A stretch of 64,000 nt of DNA from Oopsacas minuta (taxonomy: Eukaryota; Animalia; Porifera), in contig JAKMXF010000099.1 of assembly GCA_024704765.1 (NCBI GenBank), positions 610,419 through 674,418 of the forward strand, read 5' to 3'. This document shows, piece by piece, positions 26,385-40,500 of the stretch; position 1 is the stretch's first letter; the number at the start of each line of letters is the position of its first letter. The position numbers were made by a program, and so were the translations under genes. The notes under the pieces are model-generated. The model made no database searches. It had not been told where the DNA came from and saw only the letters and a program-made list of their open reading frames with translations.

Positions 26385-27724
26385 CAGGGTGTTTCAAAAG
26401 TGCTGTCGTATTATATATTTGACTATATCATATTCAATACACAATGTAAACTTATACTCTATTTACCAATATAATGTTCTGACCGATTTATAACTTCGCT
26501 AATGCGATTAGGCATACCATTTGTCAAATTTTGAAGAATCACAGGGTCAATCCCTGATAACACCTTTTTCAAATGAATTACGAGGGAATTTACAGTCTAA
26601 CTTCGGGGAGTTTACTGAGCTTGTCTGCAAGGATAGACCATAAATTTGCGATCAGATTCAAATCCAGGGAGTTGCCTGGCCAATCAACCTTCGCCTAGTA
26701 GTTTGGCAGGGGTTCTGAACACCAAGTTTGAGTGAACTTGGCGGTGTGGGCTGGAGCGCCATCTTGCATAAAAATCGACTGGGAAGTCTTTTTAGTCATA
26801 GACTGTTCAAAAATAGTGCCAGAATTTGATGTTCTTCTTATCGCATCCTTGCAAGTTCCTTTCAATATTATTTCTCGTTAATACTCTCCTTTAACATTCT
26901 GTTTCTGAGGGATTATATGGAGTTCTGAGAGTACCTAATGAGACATCATCCCCCAAACTCGGATTTTCGTCGGGAATTTAATACATTTGAATGGCTGAAC
27001 ATCGGGCGAACTATGTGACCACACTTGGTCGTTCTGCCTGTTTGGTGGTACAAATAGTTGAAAAAGTGATTCATCGGACCATAAAACCTTCTCCCAATCT
27101 GTTTGCAGTCAAATTCTTGTGTTTGAGGGCGAAGAGGAGTCGATCTTGCATCATTATATTAGATGAGACGAGGGATTCGCTACCTATGGTAAGGATAAAC
27201 ACTGATGGAATGCCTCAAATAGCGATGGACTGTTGAATGTGAAGCGGAAAAACCAGAATTGACCAATGTAGATGCTATAGATCGTGTAGATTTTCCTCTC
27301 TTGCACAAAGTCTTGGATATGATGATTTTAAGAACGCGAGAAAGGATCTTTGGGCGTCCGCACCTGGGTAAAGTACTCAAGGATTGTACAAGTTTTTCCC
27401 GACGGGACCAACTTTAGACTGATTTAATTGAAATACTAGAGCTTCTGACACTTTTTTAAGATTCAAACCAGCCTTTAGAATCCGAATGGCTTCATTTCGA
27501 AGTTCAACACCATGGTCGTTGCAATCCATTATACGAAAAATGTAAAAACTTAGAAAAAAATATCAAAAAGTGAGAATATAGAATAATTTCTGCAGATAAA
27601 TATACAAAACAAATTCAATTATTTATCGGAATGATAACGAAATGATAAGAGTAAGGAATGGGTTGTAAATATTATGAACATCGGATAATTGTTAGTTATA
27701 CGACAGCACTTTTGATACACCCTG
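26385..27724 (-). mobile_element. Tc1-like element, degraded
   Basis: 26-bp TIR CAGGGTGTTTCAAAAGTGCTGTCGTA / TACGACAGCACTTTTGATACACCCTG (1 mismatch), TA flanks. Minus-strand CGRPKILS and WPGNSLDLNLIANLW. Confidence 0.93.
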
Positions 27725-29100
27725 TACTGTATAACAATATTGAATAAATCCAGTATATTTTCTTGCAACTTTATTTCATGAAAATATAACATGTTCCTTT
27801 TTCTATGCTACAGTTGCATTGTGTAAGTGTATGAGCTTTACACAATTGGTATCAATATGAAAATATCCTATTTGGAATGGGAATTTGTCACCTTGCTATA
27901 TTTTAGAATCTGGATTATTATGTTTGTACGTTTATATTTTGCAATAGTTAGCGCTCGTCCTATACAATATTGTACGAACCCTATTATATGCATTTAGGGA
28001 AAAATATCCGCACCAACTTTTGTTTAATGTACCCATCGACAATCGAAAAGTTGTTCGATTGGATTAGCAACCCTGAAATTTTGCCACACCTGGGAATTGT
28101 GAAACTAGAATTCAATTTTGAATACTAAATCAATTTAGAAACCGTACAAGAAATCCTAGACACAAGGAATGTGGAGGGTCTAGCTATGTATTTTCAGATT
28201 TCACTACACTTGCATTACTTTTAAGCTTCTACCATACCATTTGGTTCATTATATGAAGTATCTAAGTAAATAAGTAGTAAATTCTAAGTATTGTAGAGGA
28301 TAATTCATTCATACAGTCTGCTACATAATAGTACATATGGATAAATTTAAAAGGCTCTCTTAAACCCTATTGTGATGCCAACAGTTCTATCTTGTATCGA
28401 AGTAATGCAACTGAAACTATTTTATCAGTCCATTATTGTTGATTCTAACACTTGTATTACTTAGCTTCATGATAACGGGGTGTTGGCAAGGGGAAAGTTC
28501 TGCAACTGTGGCTTAGTAATGATGTCAGGTTAATTTTCAGGTGTGTCAGAAGACCGAATTTGGAACTGTCCAGAGATGCAAACTGCTGAAAGTTTGCATC
28601 TCTTAGATTTTGTTCCTTCTTCGAATCCTCTAATATTCCATTAATTGACTTGTTAGCATTTATTATATCTTTTGGCAAAGGAGATCGGATTACAAACATA
28701 TTGGTAGAGAATCTGGGATGGTCAACAGCAACATTCACTGATTGGAAGAACTTCATGGGGGATCTTTGTGTAGAGAAGTTATTGGCGATTCCTCAGCCAA
28801 TAGGTTGGCCTGGATACATTGTCGACATAGACGGCTGTATGTTTGGTAGAAGGGAGTTCCATTGAGGTAGACAACTTTCTGATCAGTGGATATTTGGGGT
28901 GGTGGCTAGAGGAACCAAAGATATTTTCATGGTTCCAGTTGGAGATCGTTCAGCTTCAACTCTGATTCTATTAATACACACATATATTCTACCTGGAACT
29001 ATTATAATGTCTGATCAATTGGCATCTTATAACCTAATTAACCTCGGAACTTTCCCTGACTTGACGGTAAATCATAGTCAAAACTTTGTTGACCCTACTA

Positions 29101-32075
29101 CACAATGGGCTTTTTGCTGGAAACAGTATGAAATTTTTACCCCCTCAGAATTGTATTTCTTTATTATAATTTACTTCACAATCGTTTCAAACCTAGAAAA
29201 TAGTAATTTCATTCTGATTCAACAAGTAGTTGGTTGTTATGATGATGAATATTTGCGGCTTCTTGTAATTGGAATTTCTGTTGTGTGGTATATCAAAATC
29301 GATCAAGTTTCATAGTTATATTTTTAGCACTTGTAACTAAGAAGAAAGAATTCCTTTACAATAATGAAACATTTATATTTCAAGTATCTAATTTACATCT
29401 TGAAATGTCGTTTGGTTTCTAACTTTCTATTCTATAACTGGATTAAACGCGATGACTATTTAGGACATTTTTTTCGGCGTCCACAGGATATTTTATGCTG
29501 AAACTTGGTGTGGCGTTTCGTTGTGCGAACTCTCACTGGTCTTAAAATGTAGGTTATAATAATACATTCAAAAAATATAATAGTTTAGACCCACCGGAGG
29601 GCGTCCAAAGTATCAAACATTCATTTGAATGGGTGTAACTTTAATGTGAAATTTCCCTATGAAATATTAGCATTATGAATAACAAGGAAGCTTTTGACTT
29701 TCTATCCTCACGTAAATTTGTCAGAGATGCAACAATCGTATTTATGGTAGTCAGCAACTTGAAGATAAATATTATAGTTGTATCCGATACAAATTCGTTG
29801 AGTTGAAGGGTGATGGAGAGATATTTCGTAAAAGAAACGACCTAAATACATGGGATGATATGATATTCTTTGACAATTCAACATTGGCAGAGAAGAGTCG
29901 GTTATCGTCTGAAGGTGATATTTGTACTCCTAATCATGTTCATGCAAAGGCTATCAGGAAACCACTCCTAGAATTAACGATTAAAGGACAAAGGGTACGT
30001 CTGGAACCTCTTTTAGCCCTGATTAAAAGCTTAGCAGCTAGTGAGAACGTGGATAGCAAAACGATGGCAGCCATGGCTCTGCAATTTGTCTCATCTTCTT
30101 CAGGAGATTACTCCACCAGTTCCTTCTGTCTGGAAATAGTCAGCAAAGGCACATTTCAAGGCAATATAAAGACACACATCCCAATTGCTAAGTCTACGTT
30201 CCTCCTAGGGCAACTGGAAATAGGTAAGCGAAAGTACATTGAATTGAGGAGACTTTGTAAGTCAGACAATGCACTATTCCCTAAATATGTGCTAATTTCC
30301 CAGTATCAAGCAGATATTACTCTGGAGAAGGAATTCATTTTTATCCGCAATGTGTCTGATACGCCTATGGGAGTAGGGATATCTTACATCTCTATCATCA
30401 AACAGACAATTTCCCGCCTACTCGAATCACTTCCCACAGATTCTGAATTTGAATTCCCGTTGACATTTTCTGCAACAGATGCCTTGGATGGATCTGGATC
30501 CCATCAAGTTGATAATCAGATTCAAGAGTTACCAGATATTGGTTCCAAAAATTTCATTCTCTTTGCTTTCAAACTTCTCGCTATTCACGACAGCGCAAAC
30601 AAACTTATTTGGGAAAACGAAAGGCTCAACTCACAATTTCAGATTCGCCCAGTCACTTTACTAGCTGCCAAAGAAAATAGCGAAAATGTACGTCATCTAA
30701 TGGATACTTATATCAATCCTTACGTAGCAGACATGGAAGAAAATGGGAAACCACTCTCGCAAGGACTTGTGAGGATAAAATTGCTCAAGACCATGTTCGA
30801 TGGAAAAATGGCAGGAATTCTATCTGGAGCCGGTGGTGCTCACTGCCAACTCTGTACTGCGATTTCAAACAACTACATGATGTCGAACTTATACGAGATG
30901 GTTTGCCTATTAATCGTTCAATAATATCGGCTAAAGAACTGTGTCAAAATGTGAATGAAGTAGAATTTCTATCTCTAAGTTCCAATGCTCGTCTTGGATT
31001 GACTCACCAACCTATTTCTGACATCGATATAATTTGCTCTTCTCCATTACATTCATATTTGTGCATCTTCAGATGGTTTATGACCCTCGTTTATCATCTG
31101 CAATCAGGTGCAAGGAAGTGGTCACCATCATCCTTAGGCATAAAAAACTCAATGAAGTTTGTTTCAGGCTTATTGATGGAAAAGACTGGTATAAAAATTG
31201 ATCAACCCAACAGGTGATGTGACACTACATCAACTGGCAATGTTGCTCGAAATTGTTTCTTGGACAAAAACCAATTTCTTTACTGGGTTTGTTCCTTGAT
31301 ACCAACAGAATACCATGAAAATATGAAGGTCATCCACACTAAACTTTCAGTATGTTTGCGTATTTACAACAGCGACCGAGAGATAAACACTGAAAGACTG
31401 GATATTCTTTGCAAGGACACATACGAATACATTGTAATCAGATTCCCTTGGGCAAACATCAGTCCAAACTTGCATAAATTACTAGCCCATTCTTCAGAAC
31501 TCATTAGAACTTGTAACAATAGCCATGGACTTAAAGTCTTCTCTGAAGAAGCAGTTGAAGTTTCAAACAAACTCGTTCGAAGGTATCGCGAACACCTTGC
31601 CAGAAAAATGTCGTTTTCTCTGAATACTCGAGATATCTTTATACGACTGATGTGTAATAGTGTTCCTGTCCTCAATGTGTATAGAAAATTTACAAAAGCA
31701 AGCAAGAAAACCCACTCTTCTGAACCTCCAGACCAAGAAATTCTTTTCTCACGATTAACCTGCTAATAAATAATGATTGAAATAGATGGAAACACAAGAT
31801 ACTATTAAAATGTGGGTATGTTAAATGTGTGTCCATGACCCAAAATAAGCTTTCTATCGCCTCTAGTAACTGAATTTTAAGCTCAAAAACTATAATTTAT
31901 GATAATAGGAAAGGTGTCAATGACGGTATAACTTTTTAATGAGATGACCTAGATTTTCTTTTATGCAGACATCGTTTTCTCAGGGTAATTTCCTATTGGC
32001 TAATAATGCATTATATATCTCTATCTTGTATGGTTTCCTTATTTCCCTTTCACCCCCCCAAAAATGCCCACTGAG
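29101..32075 (+). mobile_element. Transib / RAG1-like transposon (element 1), both ends present
   Basis: Left end CACAATGGGCTTTTTG, right end (reverse complement) CTCAGTGGGCATTTTTG; exact 5-bp TSD TACTA at 29096-29100 and 32076-32080; RAG1-core-like ORF inside. Confidence 0.93.
29675..31766 (+). pseudogene. RAG1-core-like / Transib transposase, about 3 frameshifts
   Basis: NBD-like RKPLLELTIKGQRVRL; DALDGSG (D600-like, 30487); MFDGKM..AHCQLC (D708-like, 30799); LHKLLAH; SEEAVEVSNKLVRRYR (E962-like, about 31557). ORFs 29803-30924, 30903-31217, 31260-31766. Confidence 0.92.
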
Positions 32076-33018
32076 TACTACAAGCGCACATATACAGACA
32101 ATTGAAGGTGCATGGGGGCATATTAAACAGCGAACAAGAAATCACACTACTACTAACCCAGCCCTTTGGATACCTACCCAGCAGAAAATTGTTGGAGTAA
32201 GAAGTTATTGCACAATTCATTCGAGGATATATTAATCGAAATTTGAGACCAATGTCCGGTAGTTTAGTTGATTATTAGTATTTTCAACTGTACCTACAAA
32301 TAATTGTAGTACATTAGTGTTCTATTTAGCAATAATTATCAACTTCATCATATTTGCATCTATTTGATAGCTTAACGTAACTCATTGAGAAATGATTCGG
32401 GAGGTTAAATACTTGATAATCCGCCATACAAGGTGCAGTAGTGTTACCTAGTTCTAGTGAGATATACTATATGCTTGTGTAGTAGGGGTTATCTACTATG
32501 CAAGAGCAGGCTCTCTCGTAATTTCCGATATCCCCCAGCGAACCTCTGCGTAATTTGAATGGGATAAAGTTTTGACAGAAGTTGCTTCTTCTTTGCTTTG
32601 ATTGTTTCGAAATTTGTTTTTTAACAGTAGATGTTTTTGTTGATACTCGTTATGCTAGACGTTTAGTTTAGCTATTATTCCGCCAACTTCTTCGATACTC
32701 TTCTTTCTCACTCAGTTGTGAGTCATGTTATATATTTTGATGATTGTTTTAGATTACTTACAATCTAGATTTATTATATTACAACTCAATTATGTCTTTG
32801 GATGGCTGCTTCATTTTCCCCATTTGTGTGGACAGATTAGGTACACAGGCCAAGTTTGTCTATAATTTTCGTGTTTGATTGTTGATACCAATTTATTCAC
32901 CTTAATAATCCGTCTTCATTTCTAATTTACCTATATTCTTCATCTAAAGCACCGAGTCATGGAATTTCCTAGCAATTCAAGGCGAATATGTTGAAAACTT
33001 TAATTGTTTTTCTGAGCG

Positions 33019-33090
33019 AACTTGGCCTCCATGAAAAAACGTGTCGCAAACCCCAGCCCCTCCATTCGCCAAATTCTGGCACGGTCCCTG
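33019..33090. repeat. Dispersed MITE-end-like repeat, second copy at about 49809-49886
   Basis: AACTTGGCC..AAAA.CGTGTC...CCCAGCCCC...TTCGCCAAATTCTGGC shared by both sites. Confidence 0.55.
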
Positions 33091-33811
33091 TGCAAGAGGA
33101 TACTATACAACAGCAAACATTTAGCTAAGTCTTATTATAATGTTGTAATTACAACATACGAAAACTGTTTAGATGCTCTAACTCCCATTAAACAGGAAGA
33201 CCTTAGAGTTTGCGATGTTGTTTGGACACAATTTGAAATTGTAATGTGTTGTCACATTCTTGACGCATTCTGCTTCGCTAGGAAAGATATCTCTCCGAAT
33301 ATGGTCAAGTGATCACTTAAACCACAAAAAACCTTACGAATATATCACTGGGAAGTGATTAGATACTTCCCCTTTGTTCCGATCAAGGGTGACCGAAGCG
33401 GTGCGGGTGGGGTAAACTTTACCACCCCGAATTTTTCTAAGAAATACTGTTAATTCTACGAGCCATGAGTCAACGTAGCCGCGCTTCCTACTACCATGGT
33501 TCAGATTGACCGATCTTGGGTAATTACCTTTTCGGTATATAGAAGATCCTGAGTGGCTTGCCATTCTTATCGAATTAGGATACGATACGCTACATCTGAA
33601 CTAAAAATGTCCATTTCTTAATAAACATGACCAATTCACTAAATATTTAAATTGTCTTATCAACTAGACTACCTACGATATGCCGTCTCATACTTTATTT
33701 TGAATTTCTAGCTCTATTGAATTCGTTTTTAATAAGTTCTTTAAATTATAATATTATTAGTATTATTCAGATTTTTTTTAGACATATCATCCATTTCAAC
33801 TCTCCCCACAG

Positions 33812-34123
33812 ATGCTGAAATTACACCATATTATACTCTGGGATTGCTACTTATCATTATTAGTCCATTAACGCTTATCTTTATTATTATTTGTCCACTT
33901 ATAGCCATATTTTTCTTTTGGCTTGTACACTTAAGAAAAATACAAAGAATGTTTTTGCTCCACTCCTTTTCCAAAACATCCATGGATCCATTAGAAATAC
34001 CTATGTCTCAGTTGCATTTTCTTCATCAAACATTAGGTAGAGGAGCGTTTGGATTTGTTAGGAAGGCTATTATGAAGAAAAGCCCTAAATTCTCAGAAAT
34101 TGTTGCCGTGAAAATGACCAGAG
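33812..34123 (+). CDS. Host exon of a receptor tyrosine kinase (TM, juxtamembrane, kinase subdomains I-II)
   Basis: Hydrophobic stretch LLIIISPLTLIFIIICPLIAIFFFWLV, basic stop-transfer HLRK, DPLEIP, TLGRGAFGFV, VAVKMTR, then a phase-1 donor G|GTATGT at 34124. 5' splice boundary uncertain (AG at 33770, 33781 or 33811). Confidence 0.85.
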
Positions 34124-34808
34124 GTATGTTTAAATTGTTATCGATACTATAATTACTTTCACTATGCATTCAAGTAGGAATGTTGTTTATGTATATTATA
34201 ACCTCTGTATTTCTTTCATGCCAGTTGTAGTTCTTATCTGAAGTATTTATCTACCAACGTTTTCAAATTTGTATTCATATAATTACTCCTATGTTCTACA
34301 TACGCAAATGATGATTACAAGAAAATACATATACGTATAGTTGATGTAGTGGCAGTTCTGATGAGGGTGGGATCAGCAAAAAATTGGCCCCAGTGTCAAT
34401 TTTAATGCTATCATTTAGTTGCTATGATTCGTAAATGCCTTCCTCTGTCCAGCTTGTAGAACATTATTGGCAGTGTTTCCCCAAAGCGCAGAAATGTTTC
34501 TCGCTTAGAATATCTTGCAGCGTTGCAATAAAGACTCTATGCAATAGCGTTTAGCACGTTTATAAGCGACGGAGGCCCCATTCAATCCCAAGACGAGCGC
34601 TTTCCAAAAATACTATTGGGAAAGCTGACTACATAGCATTAGAAATTTGTAGGCATAAAGTGGATGAGATTCTTTTCCCTCTGTTTGAAATTTCATATTT
34701 TCTCCCTCTTATGTTTGGGACCTTACGTAATTCGTACAAAATATACTAATTACCAATTACACTGTTTGTAAATCATCCTCGGATCTATATAATTGAAATA
34801 AAATTACA

Positions 34809-36119
34809 ACGAGTGCTCAAATGTTGATAACCCTACCCATATCTATGTAACTATGCAGAATATGCATGTACAGTTGTTAAATATTCTCGAAATAATCGCC
34901 ATTAACGTTTATGACTCGTTGTAGACGATTTAGCCATTAAAAAATACATTTTTATAGTCCCCGGGCGGGATATCTTTTAGAGATCTTGAAATTGCGTTCG
35001 ATTCTGGTATCAAAATGCCTGCATGCATGTCCTTATTCAAATTTGTAAAGAGCCAGAAATCATAAGAAGCGAGAGCAGGTGAGTAGGGTAGGTGATCTAG
35101 CTCGACAACTCTCATTCTATCCAACTCTGACTTTACGAGCTAATTTTTATGTGGTTGTGCATTATCATGCAATAATCGCATACCCGCGGTCGAGATTTTG
35201 ACCTCCGCTCCCAGTAATGTTTTTCTACTTGAGAGGCAACTGTTGCATAAAGTCCCCGGTAATTGTCTTCCCTTTGCTATTATACTCTGGGCAACGGGGC
35301 CATGTGCATCAAAGAAAATTGAGTGCAAGACCTTCCGATCTCTGAAGTCCGGATTGGGATTGAGAGGAGAAGCCTCACTTTTACGACACATACCCTATTC
35401 CTTTCTTTGGATAGTGGCTCGTCGTATCTTATCCAAATCACTCCACCAGTAATGATTTCTGCCAGCCTTCCTGGATTCTAGACTTGATCCTCGGAGAGCG
35501 TTTTTCTTGCACAAGTTACCCTACTGTCTTTTCGGTGCTTTGTAAGGGAATATGCGATCCACCTCAAACAATTTTTGCTAACTTTCAGCTTATCGATAAG
35601 TATGGAATAAACAGCTCGCTTTGAGGTCCACACACTCATAGCTAACTCCTCAACAGTGATGTGAGGATTTTTTTACACTCTCCAGCGAATTTAGAGGTGT
35701 TACTGCTAGTGACGCCGGATCTGGCACGTCCTTTCATTCCTCATGTTCCAGTGACTCCCGTCCTTCATGAAACAGTTTGGCCCATTCCTTCACAGTAGTA
35801 TATGAAAGACTAGCATCTCTATAAACGACTTCCAAGTCAATGAGAATATCCTTCAGGCCAATACCAAGAAGCATGCGAATTTTGATATAAGACCTTTGCT
35901 CAAATTTCAAATTTGAACCATAAATACTGGAGAATATAAGGATAGTCAAACCGAGATATTTGAAATAATCGTAACTAGAAAACTATTGACGATATGATGA
36001 AAGTTAAAGTAGTTCTGAATAGATAATAGAATAAGGTTCATTATGAATACAGATATGTAATATAATATCCTACATCTTAAAACTCTATGACCAAGGTCGG
36101 GAACTTTTTGAACGCTCGT
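34809..36119 (-). mobile_element. mariner (DD34D) element, degraded
   Basis: Imperfect TIR ACGAGTGCTCAAATGTT / (rc) ACGAGCGTTCAAAAAGTT; ORF pieces FEQRSYIKIR..VKEWAKLF, LLHDNAQPH and HLPYSPALASYDFWLF. Confidence 0.85.
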
Positions 36120-36299
36120 TATAAGTAGGCTCGGCATAATTATTTTAATATAGTCGATAGCAAGTTTTTGCCGGCAGTTTTTTCCTCTATCTAAACTTCA
36201 ATAAACTTTCATAAATTATATTACAGCAATTAGATTATAAATATCCTTTTATTTTTATATGATTGATACTTTACCTATATCACTTAATAGTCTCAAGAT

Positions 36300-37560
36300 T
36301 TATCATCGGATTATCACGGGGATTTTCCAATATTAATGAACTAAGATATCTCCTCTCTGAACCGGCATGAATGTGCACTATAATTAGATGTCAGAAACCT
36401 GGAAAAATATATCTCGGATTCCTAAGTACAAATTCCATGATTTAGGATGATACGCAAAGATCGACCTTTGAGACCTCGAGGAGGTGGCATTGCTAATTAT
36501 TGTAAATCTAGCTGTTCTAAACGTATGGACCTTAAATACTGAGATTTAGGGTTATTATGGGTTGATGTTCGAACTGCGGGTAGCTGTTCTATATTGCTCC
36601 GTTTTCTTTACAGACCTCCCAGTATGTAAACTAAACAGCAATATTGGAGTAGAGTTACCCCATAATAATCGTGAAGATATGGATAAATAGCTTCTAGATT
36701 ATGATGGACCTAACTTTATCCGAAGGTAAAGAGATGGTTAATATGGGAGATTTTAACGTCAGCTTTTTTGATATTGACAATCAGAGTAAGTGCTTGTTAG
36801 ATATATTTAATGTTTGTATGAGATAAATACTTCTCAGCCCACCAGAATACCCGATATTTCATCTTACCAAATTGATAATGCCTATTATCTTACATTGTTA
36901 GAAAGTTCGTTTAGATGTACTATTGGTTTTTTGGAGCAGTGAACGTTTCCTTTTGCCTGGTTTACAATGATAAATTCCGCCACCTTTGTCTTAATTTGGA
37001 TATCCCCAATTTAACTATGAAGTTTCTAAAAGCTCTGCCGTTTACTCCTTGGGACATATTAGAGTGCTGTACTTTAAATGAAATCTTTGAAAAGTGGTAC
37101 GACTTGTTACTAAGTGTTGTTAATGATCACTTACATTTAAAATACTGGAGATTGAAATTATGAATCCAAACAGATTGGCTGGGCCATGATAGAGCATCTG
37201 CAATCGTATTAGAGATAGATTTGGCCGAGGCTAACCATTGAACCCAAATCTACCTTCTTTCAACTGCTTCTAGAAATGAATAAGTCAAACCTAGATCTTT
37301 CTGGAAACTTTCGGGAACTAATACCTGAATAAACTACTTTGAATATTCAATTTATTGACAATTACATCCATTTTACTGACCATTCCACTATTGCTGATAT
37401 ATTCAACTACTACTTTCGAGTGTGGTTGACAAAATTCATTATTTCTAATAATAATCCTCTCCATACCTTTTTGATCTGAAATGTCATGTTAACCAAAATT
37501 TCCTCCTGGCGCTATATTTCGTATTGCAACAAGTGAATTCCAGATGTTCAAACTGTTCGA
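36300..37560 (+). mobile_element. LINE (CR1/L2-like) ORF2 endonuclease-to-linker remnant
   Basis: Broken frames give NELRYLL, SETW, GGIA, LWVDVR, YRPP, MGDFNV, SQPTR, WYDLLLSVVNDHL, SFWKL and IADIFNYYF. Confidence 0.7.
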
Positions 37561-40500
37561 ACCATTAAATTGCTCAAAAGTTGTGCATTTCATGATATTA
37601 GACCTAATACTGAAATTAGCAGCATCTGTTATAGCAAGACGGACTACAAATATTATTTACATCAGTATATAGCTATTGGATAATTATCTTCAGCTTCGAT
37701 GTAAGCCAGAAACGTTGTTGTGTAGTTTAGAAGTCAAGCTATAGTCCTATCTATTTACTTCAAAATTTTTCTAAACTTATTGAGAGACATGTGTTTTATT
37801 CTATTTCTTCATTTTTCGATACCTATAACCTCATATCTATAATCAAATTTCAGATTTTTCAAATCATTATTGTGTTTGTGCCAAATTAAAGTTACTCAAA
37901 GTTGGTATCATAGCTTAAATGGCCAAGGTTCTGTTGGAATTGTTGCTTTCGTTTTCATTAAAGTGTTTGATATATTTTCACACCAAATATTGTTAAAACC
38001 TAGTTCAATTTCGTTTAGTTACTTCATGTATCTAGTCATAATTCTAGTAATCGTTTTGATAAGAGAATCATGATCTAAACATATTGATTCTTTGATTAGC
38101 TAATCATTTTAAGATTAAATACGCTCTATGTAGTCAAGTACTTTTCCCATTTTCAGCCAGACTCACTTATTATTTTTCACCTTCATTATTGTAGTACTGT
38201 TTGGGGAGGATATAAAACGCTAGACGTTGAAGCAAATGAGAATAAGTTGACTGCAAAGCACAAATACTACTCCACATCTCTATATCTCAACAGATTCTAT
38301 TTTTAAAGTAAAGATGGCTGTAATTTCAAAATATCATTGATTACAGAATGTAAAATTGTGAATCTGGGTTTCATTAGATGTATCTAATTTTATTTTGTTT
38401 ATGTTTGTCAAAGCTAGAGGCAAAAGAAATCATTCTATGACCACTAGGCATGTCTTGTACAACCTCAGAATCCTTTACTTACTCCTCAGCGAGAATATAC
38501 AATGGACTTCAACCTCGAACAGTTTCAGCCATAAAATTCAGTAGTTCTGCAAAGTAAGGCCAATGTTCGTCAAAGAATGATCTTTATTTAAATATTGTGG
38601 AATATCTTTGGTAAATTGCTATGTTGCCTCAATGAATCTATGACAAAATGTGAAATTGTCAGGTCCTTATTGTTTGGAGATGATAAATTCCAAATGGGTG
38701 TTAATTCAAGATTATGTGCACGATTCTAGCCTTCAAACTAAGGTTCTACAGTTTGTATGGAAATATCACAAGAATTTATCTTATTAATCCTTAATAATGC
38801 TCAATGATAATGGGGCAATATGAATATATGATAAAACTGCCAATATCGGATTCAGTCATATTGAAGACAAGTGCAATCTAGTGAACGAAGACGCATTTGA
38901 AAATATAATCTGATGAAACGATGATGGTAATTATCACATACCTACGAACCATCGAAGGAACCCTGGATAATCGCAAGTTTGTAAATCTAGGGTATATTGA
39001 TTATTTATGACGATTTTCTCATAAAATAAGGACAATTCATATTTTCCAGATACAATTCTTTACCGAGAAAGTTATCTAGGGAAAAAGTTACAAGAGGATT
39101 GTTAAATATGATATCATCCAAACAAGTAAATGCGTATTTGTTTCATCCATGTCACGATATATTTAAGGGCACCACAATACTCGTCGCCTTAGGCTACAGC
39201 TTAGATAGATTATGCCTTAATCCAGCTCTACGTTTTGCTACTCTAATGGAAGATTCGCTTGGGCGCTTATTCTTTTCGTATTTGTTTTACCGTGTGCATT
39301 ATTTAAAAAATATTTTGAAAACAAATTATACTAATTTGTTGCATATTCATATTAGTTGTAATTTTCATAAAGATTTCTTCTAGAGCAGGGGATCTCAACC
39401 TTTTACGAACTGCGTACCCCCTGGGGGAAAGGAAATGTCCAGTTACCCTCTGATTCAAATTTCGCAATATTCTATTAAATTTTTATATGTTGATACAATT
39501 TGTATTATCAGGAACACAACATAATTTACGTTTTACAAAATGTTGAATAATTAAGACAAAGATTAATGAGATGGCTGGGCCTGCTTTGCTTTTACAAGTT
39601 CATCAATTTTTGGTTCGGTTGTAAATAAAGCCACACGGAGGTCAGGCTCTACGCATAAACGAGCATGATAGTGGTTTATTTATTTTCAGTGTCGAGAATC
39701 CTTGTTCGCAGAGATATGTACTTGGAAACATCAGCAGCCCACGCATAGCCATGGCAGCGACACTAGGGAAATGTTGACTCATTCTAAACCAGAACTTCAT
39801 CAATGGCAAAGTTTCAAATGCTTCTCGTACTGTAGAATCGTTCAAAATTTCTTCTCCCTCAAGAAGAGTTATGACATTTTCAAATATGTTTAGATTTCCC
39901 TCCTTCGCTTTTCTTTCCCATGAATCCAACTTCATTATGAAAGCTCGAATTTTATAAATGAAATCAATTACAGTTGTAAACTTCCTTGAAGTGACTTGTT
40001 TAGGATATTTAATCGTGAGATAATATCCTCTAAGTAAGAGAGTCTAATATTTCATGCTTTATCTTGTAACTTGTCACAAAAACTCTTGATTTTGCTCGCT
40101 CGTTCCGTTCAAAGAATTTTGGCACCTCTTTTCTGAAAGAGTGCACTCTAGACAACATGTTTCGCGGGAAAGACAATGAACCTTGGTGTGAAAGCGTAGT
40201 GTATTTTGTTCCTCATCATTTCTTGGCACAATAGTCGGAAGAGACGAGTATTGAGAGCGCTTGACTTGATGAAATTTACCATATTGATTACATCTTTAAG
40301 GGTTGCTTTGGCTCAGATGATAGCGTCTTAGATACCAGAGCATATCGGTTGTATCATGCAGTGGATATGCTTAGTATCAGGATTGACTGCTTTCACTCGT
40401 CCCCGAAATCCTGAACGATTGCCAAGCATGGCAGGAGCCCCATCAGTGGTGGATGCACTTACGTTGTTCCATGAATGTCCTTTTCTCTCAAAATATTCAG

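Larger units (their letters stand above)
28430..32260 (+). mobile_element. Merlin / IS1595-like transposase split by a Transib insertion (coding parts about 28430-29100 and 32076-32260)
   Basis: Zn-ribbon remnants, IVDID..FGRR, ILPGTIIMSDQLASY and TVNHSQNFVDPTT; resumes after the insertion as SAHIQTIEGAWGHIK. Removing 29101-32075 plus one TSD restores the frame (VDPTTSAHIQT). Own termini not found. Confidence 0.88.

Noticed and set aside
38480-38545. Minus-strand segment with strong acceptor and GTAAGT donor as a coding exon
   Set aside because: Stops in all three frames.
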